From Candidatus Aminicenantes bacterium (GTDB lineage: Bacteria > Acidobacteriota > Aminicenantia > Aminicenantales > Saccharicenantaceae): DNA of 64,000 nt. The stretch lies in contig CAVRDU010000001.1 in assembly GCA_963719985.1 (NCBI GenBank), positions 32,023 to 96,022 on the forward strand. The letters run 5' to 3'. The notes beneath the pieces are model-generated. The model had not been told where the DNA came from, searched no databases, and was given only the letters and a program-made list of their open reading frames with translations. A program made the position numbers and the translations under genes. Below are positions 62,916-64,000 of this stretch, piece after piece; position 1 is the first letter of the stretch, and each line of letters opens with the position of its first letter.

Positions 62916-63058
62916 GGTCTCCCTTAGGACTCAGCTCAGGGTATTGCCTCTAGCTCCCCGGCCCCCCGGGAACCAGTCGTCCGGTTCCCCCCTTCGGGTC
63001 CCCCCTCCACGGACGGGGATCGTCGAGGCAACACCCTTCGCCGCCTTGCGGGAGACTT
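62915..63058. ncRNA. Candidate structured RNA or stem-loop element between convergent phzF and ybaK; class and strand unresolved
   Basis: Nested pairings 62915-62923/63050-63058, 62939-62950/63025-63036, 62955-62960/63014-63019, apical 62968-62974/62983-62989. Confidence 0.45.
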
Positions 63059-63073
63059 CAGGATCGGAAACCG

Positions 63074-63559
63074 CTAGGCGGTGGCGACGCGGACGGTCGT
63101 CGGCTCGAGGAGGCGGACGAGGTCCGCCGGCGTGAGGCCGACGATGAAGCCGCGCTTGCCGCCGTTGATGTAGATCCGGGGGAGGTCCAAGACCGTCGCC
63201 TCGACGTAGATGGGCATGGGTTTGCGCAACCCGAAAGGCGAGGTGCCGCCGACCATGTAGCCGGAGTGCCGCTCGGCGACCTCGGCCGGGCAGGGGTGGA
63301 CGGACTTGACGCCGAGGACGCGGGCCAGCTCCCTCGTCGAAACCTGCCGGTCGCCGTGCATGAGGACAACGAGCGGCCGCTTCGCGTCGTCCTCCAGGAC
63401 CAGCGTCTTGACGACGGCGTGCTCCTCCACCCCGGCCTGGGCGGCGAACTCCGCCGTCCCCCCGTGCTCGACATAGGCGTAGGGATGTTCGGTGAACGGC
63501 GCCCCGGCCTGACGGAGGACCCGGACCGCCGCAGTCATCGGTGTTCGCCCGTGTCCCAT
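63074..63559 (-). CDS. ybaK: YbaK-family Cys-tRNA(Pro) deacylase
   Basis: VVKTLV (conserved Lys), GYMVGGTSPFG, YINGGKRG. Confidence 0.9.
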   Translation of the reverse strand: MGHGRTPMTAAVRVLRQAGAPFTEHPYAYVEHGGTAEFAAQAGVEEHAVVKTLVLEDDAKRPLVVLMHGDRQVSTRELARVLGVKSVHPCPAEVAERHSGYMVGGTSPFGLRKPMPIYVEATVLDLPRIYINGGKRGFIVGLTPADLVRLLEPTTVRVATA

Positions 63560-63561
63560 GG

Positions 63562-63999
63562 TCAGTCGATCTCGGGCTCCGTATGGACGAGGACCTGCTC
63601 GATCGCCGGGACGTCCCGCTTCAGGGCCTCCTCGATCCGCGAAGACAGCCTATGGGCCTCGATGACCGGGAGGTTCCGGTCGAAGCCGCAGTGGAGGGAG
63701 ACCGCCAGCCGGTCGATCTGACGTCTGATGAGGATGTTGTGGCAGCAGGCCCGCCCGGTGACGCCGTCGGCGATCCGCCTGATCTGCTCGACGAGCGGCC
63801 CCTCCTCCGCGGTGACGTCCCGACCGGCGCCGACCCCCGTGCCGCGCGACTCGATGTGCGTGTTGACCCGCTTGACGACCGGCAGGTCGGCCTTGAGGTC
63901 CCGCTCGATGTGGGTGGCCAGGTCGTGCGCCTGGTGGAGGAGAAGGTGGTCGTCGACCTCGAGGTGGAGGTCGACGTGGATTTCGCCGCGGTCGTCGTG
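63562..63999 (-). CDS. C-terminal part of a cation diffusion facilitator (CDF) transporter with tandem dimerisation domains (5' outside window; not in ORF track)
   Basis: IHVDLHLEVD...HQAHDLATHIE...VNTHIES and VSLHCGFD...EAHRLSSRIEE...VLVHTEP*. Confidence 0.75.
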   Translation of the reverse strand, partial: HDDRGEIHVDLHLEVDDHLLLHQAHDLATHIERDLKADLPVVKRVNTHIESRGTGVGAGRDVTAEEGPLVEQIRRIADGVTGRACCHNILIRRQIDRLAVSLHCGFDRNLPVIEAHRLSSRIEEALKRDVPAIEQVLVHTEPEID

Positions 64000-64000
64000 G

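Noticed and set aside
62960-63075. Group II intron domain V, hammerhead or SRP-like motifs in the phzF-ybaK gap
   Set aside because: No AGC/CGC triad with correct DV geometry, no CUGANGA/GAAA core, and TCAGGATCGGAAACC lacks the paired SRP domain IV context.

Overview
A 64 kb, very GC-rich, gene-dense bacterial chromosomal segment. I see no rRNA, tRNA, CRISPR array, integrase or IS element. Gene content (GWxTD and VWFA-related Acidobacterial domain proteins, MacB-like orphan permease, Hanks kinase-TolB-TPR, many Tat/lipoprotein sugar enzymes) suggests an anaerobic Acidobacteriota member such as Aminicenantia; this is inference. Contents in order: 2-oxoacid dehydrogenase E2, larE, mnmA, SPFH, stand-alone EF-G plus a RecA-like ATPase, a lipid-enzyme cluster, a methyltransferase-addB-addA operon, an SPFH-RHH-micropeptide operon with a three-box operator, ABC permeases, a glycan-utilisation stretch (sugar-binding lipoprotein, GH38, GH2, GH29, SSS, Tat-exported isomerase-like proteins), NYN-LOTUS, VWA/GWxTD, DUF47-PiT, POT transporter, a kinase-nodIJ-phosphoesterase-SSS-NAGPA operon, S9 peptidase, DUF2177, methyltransferase, phzF, a ~145-nt intergenic stem-loop, ybaK and a CDF transporter. 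Many genes carry single-base indels, densest at 52.3-56.5 kb, most consistent with long-read consensus errors. The best novelty candidates are the SPFH-RHH-23-aa-peptide operon with its operator, the EF-G/ATPase pair, the membrane-anchored FAM173/aKMT-like methyltransferase coupled to AddAB, the larE-mnmA pair, and the phzF-ybaK structured element.
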